From IMG/VR virus record IMGVR_UViG_3300008117_000469: a stretch of 64,000 nucleotides of DNA; one strand, given 5' to 3'. Source of the stretch: an uncultured virus (IMG/VR IMGVR_UViG_3300008117_000469) (lineage: Duplodnaviria; Heunggongvirae; Uroviricota; Caudoviricetes). This document shows, one piece after another, positions 62,434-64,000 of the stretch (position 1 is the first letter of the stretch; every line of letters starts with the position of its first letter). The notes below the pieces were generated by a model. That model was not told where the DNA came from, searched no databases, and saw nothing but the letters and a program-made list of their open reading frames with translations. The position numbers and the translations under genes were made by a program.

Positions 62434-63807
62434 TTAAAATAAATCTCCGGTTCCTTGATCGTAAAGATACACATGCTTTTTATATTCTCCAAGCACAGAT
62501 TCAGCAACATAAATTGCTTGTGCTCCTGATACTGTAATACCTCGTGCTGATAAAGCATCTCCTACAAAGTGTACATTGGGGTAATCTACTAATGCTAGAT
62601 TTTTATAATCTACTTTTACCTCAGGTGAAAGATATTTTACTTCAGGAATATACATACCCCAATCATCTTGTAATGTTGGAAATACTTTTTTCATATCCAT
62701 AATAAAATCCATCACATATTTAAAATAACCACCCATTGCCGGTTCTACAACGTGAGCAAGTGTATCTAAACTAATTTGAGTTGAAGTTACATCATTACCT
62801 TCAGATGTTGTTGATGGTTTACGAGATGGACTATAATACAAACCAGTTCCGTTTGATTGTAATTTATTTACTACTTCACGTGACCAAGTAAATGGATCTT
62901 CAATACCATTAATTTCCATCAAAATACCAAAGTTAGTCATGTTGTTTCGATACGCTTCGTCTTTTTTAGCGTGACCATTGTAACTGTGATCTCCATATGT
63001 TTCTTCCACAGCAACATAAGCGGCATTATTGTTTGTACAGAATGAACGTAATGATACTCCTTCATCATCAAATTTTCTATATAACTTAAAGTCATACGAA
63101 ATATCGATTAGTTTTTGGAAGTGTTCTTGTGGTGCTTCAAATCGAACACCAATTTGAACTGATTTAGGTTCGTCTGGGAGTTCATATTTGTTAGCTAATT
63201 CTTGAGCGAAATCAATACCTGATTTACCTACACCAAAGATAAGTTCATCATAAAACATTCCATCATTATCCATATTTGCGAATTCAGGTTTAACTGATTT
63301 CATGATAATTTCATTGTGTCTAAAATTAATATTAGATACTTTAGTTTCCCAATAAAATTGTACACCTTTAGACACTAAATAATCATACCAATTTTTAGCA
63401 ATTTCAGATAAATAATCTGTACCTACGTGCCACACTGGAAATAAACGTAAACCGAAATATGGTTTAATAAATTCAGGTTCCTCAACAGGATTTGAACATT
63501 GTACTTCTTCAGGTTTAGGGTGAAAACGTTTGAAATTGGTAATTACTTGATCCATCAATTCCATTGCTTTTTCTTCACCACAATACTTAGACAATTGTCC
63601 TCCAATTGCTGTGTGATAAGTCAATTTACCGTCTGACCAACCTCCAGCACCTAGGAAACCTGTCATTACTTCTTCAGGTTTACGTTGATATGGATCTTTA
63701 CCCATATCAATTACTGTGATCATTTCACCAGGATAACCATTATCAACGAGCTTTGTTGCTGCGTTTACACCTGCTACTCCTGCTCCAACAATTACTATTT
63801 TCTTCAT
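62434..63807 (-). CDS. FAD-dependent oxidoreductase (COG2509/HI0933-like)
   Basis: IVGAGVAG Rossmann motif, GAGGWSDGKL, HVGTD, IGVRFE, RSFCTN, NGH, VGD. Confidence 0.9.
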   Translation of the reverse strand: MKKIVIVGAGVAGVNAATKLVDNGYPGEMITVIDMGKDPYQRKPEEVMTGFLGAGGWSDGKLTYHTAIGGQLSKYCGEEKAMELMDQVITNFKRFHPKPEEVQCSNPVEEPEFIKPYFGLRLFPVWHVGTDYLSEIAKNWYDYLVSKGVQFYWETKVSNINFRHNEIIMKSVKPEFANMDNDGMFYDELIFGVGKSGIDFAQELANKYELPDEPKSVQIGVRFEAPQEHFQKLIDISYDFKLYRKFDDEGVSLRSFCTNNNAAYVAVEETYGDHSYNGHAKKDEAYRNNMTNFGILMEINGIEDPFTWSREVVNKLQSNGTGLYYSPSRKPSTTSEGNDVTSTQISLDTLAHVVEPAMGGYFKYVMDFIMDMKKVFPTLQDDWGMYIPEVKYLSPEVKVDYKNLALVDYPNVHFVGDALSARGITVSGAQAIYVAESVLGEYKKHVYLYDQGTGDLF

Positions 63808-63829
63808 ATTATTATCAATGTTTAACTAT

Positions 63830-63861
63830 TAAATATACATAAAAAAAGTGGCGTCTCCAAA
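63830..63861 (-). promoter_or_regulatory. Bacteroidota-type promoter (TTTG-N20-TATATTTA) overlapping a terminator
   Basis: TTTG gagacgccactttttttatg TATATTTA, 22 nt upstream of ATG. Confidence 0.72.
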
Positions 63862-63875
63862 TTGGATGACGCCAC
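63841..63875 (-). terminator. rho-independent terminator
   Basis: GTGGCGTC(A)TCCAA-T-TTGGAGACGCCAC inverted repeat plus T7 on the minus strand. Confidence 0.8.
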
Positions 63876-63925
63876 AGCTGTCAAAATTTTTAAGAAAAGC
63901 GACGGGCTATGAATCCGTCTATAAA

Positions 63926-64000
63926 TTAAGGATTTACATCCGGACCATTTTGATCGAAATAAATACATCCTGCATTGGTACAAGCTGATATAACATCATT
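63926..64000 (-). CDS. 3' end of a gene entering from beyond the window
   Basis: Open frame NDVISACTNAGCIYFDQNGPDVNP* followed by hairpins and a terminator. Confidence 0.4.
   Translation of the reverse strand, partial: NDVISACTNAGCIYFDQNGPDVNP

Noticed and set aside
1..64000. Stop-codon reassignment, introns/inteins, tRNAs, integrase or DGR
   Set aside because: Core genes translate full length in the standard code with no obvious insertions. The breaks seen are frame changes or deletions, not in-frame stops. No cloverleaf, recombinase or reverse transcriptase was recognised by eye.

Overview
This is a 64-kb AT-rich segment of a large T4-like myophage (contractile tail), with essentially every real gene on the minus strand. 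The host is most likely a Bacteroidota bacterium, based on recurring TTTG-N20-TATATTTA promoters and A/T-rich leaders without obvious Shine-Dalgarno sequences. In transcription order (high to low coordinates) the window holds: FAD oxidoreductase, cupin and kinase; terminase, portal, prohead protease, scaffold and major capsid; a pentein hydrolase, a PSD-like decarboxylase and PhoH; neck and tail-completion genes; a ~13.4-kb Gly-Thr-Ser triplet-repeat giant fibre gene followed directly by two GT4 glycosyltransferases and an Aah/TibC-like protein O-heptosyltransferase; sheath, tube, chaperone pair, tape measure and baseplate genes; a replication block (thumb-less family A polymerase, SSB, RecA/UvsX, 5'-3' exonuclease, helicase, NrdB, NrdA); and early genes including a TGT/DpdA-like protein and QueC. 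The best candidate for an undescribed system is a virion O-glycosylation module: the giant Ser/Thr-rich fibre, three transferases, and (S/T)-(G/A/S)-S motifs scattered over structural proteins. Other notable items are the pentein/pyruvoyl-decarboxylase pair, the degenerate mini-PolA, a late motif that is the reverse complement of the T4 late promoter, and a +1/-2 chaperone frameshift. Six abrupt deletion junctions are probably assembly or gap artefacts. All assignments come from motif recognition by eye; no searches were run.
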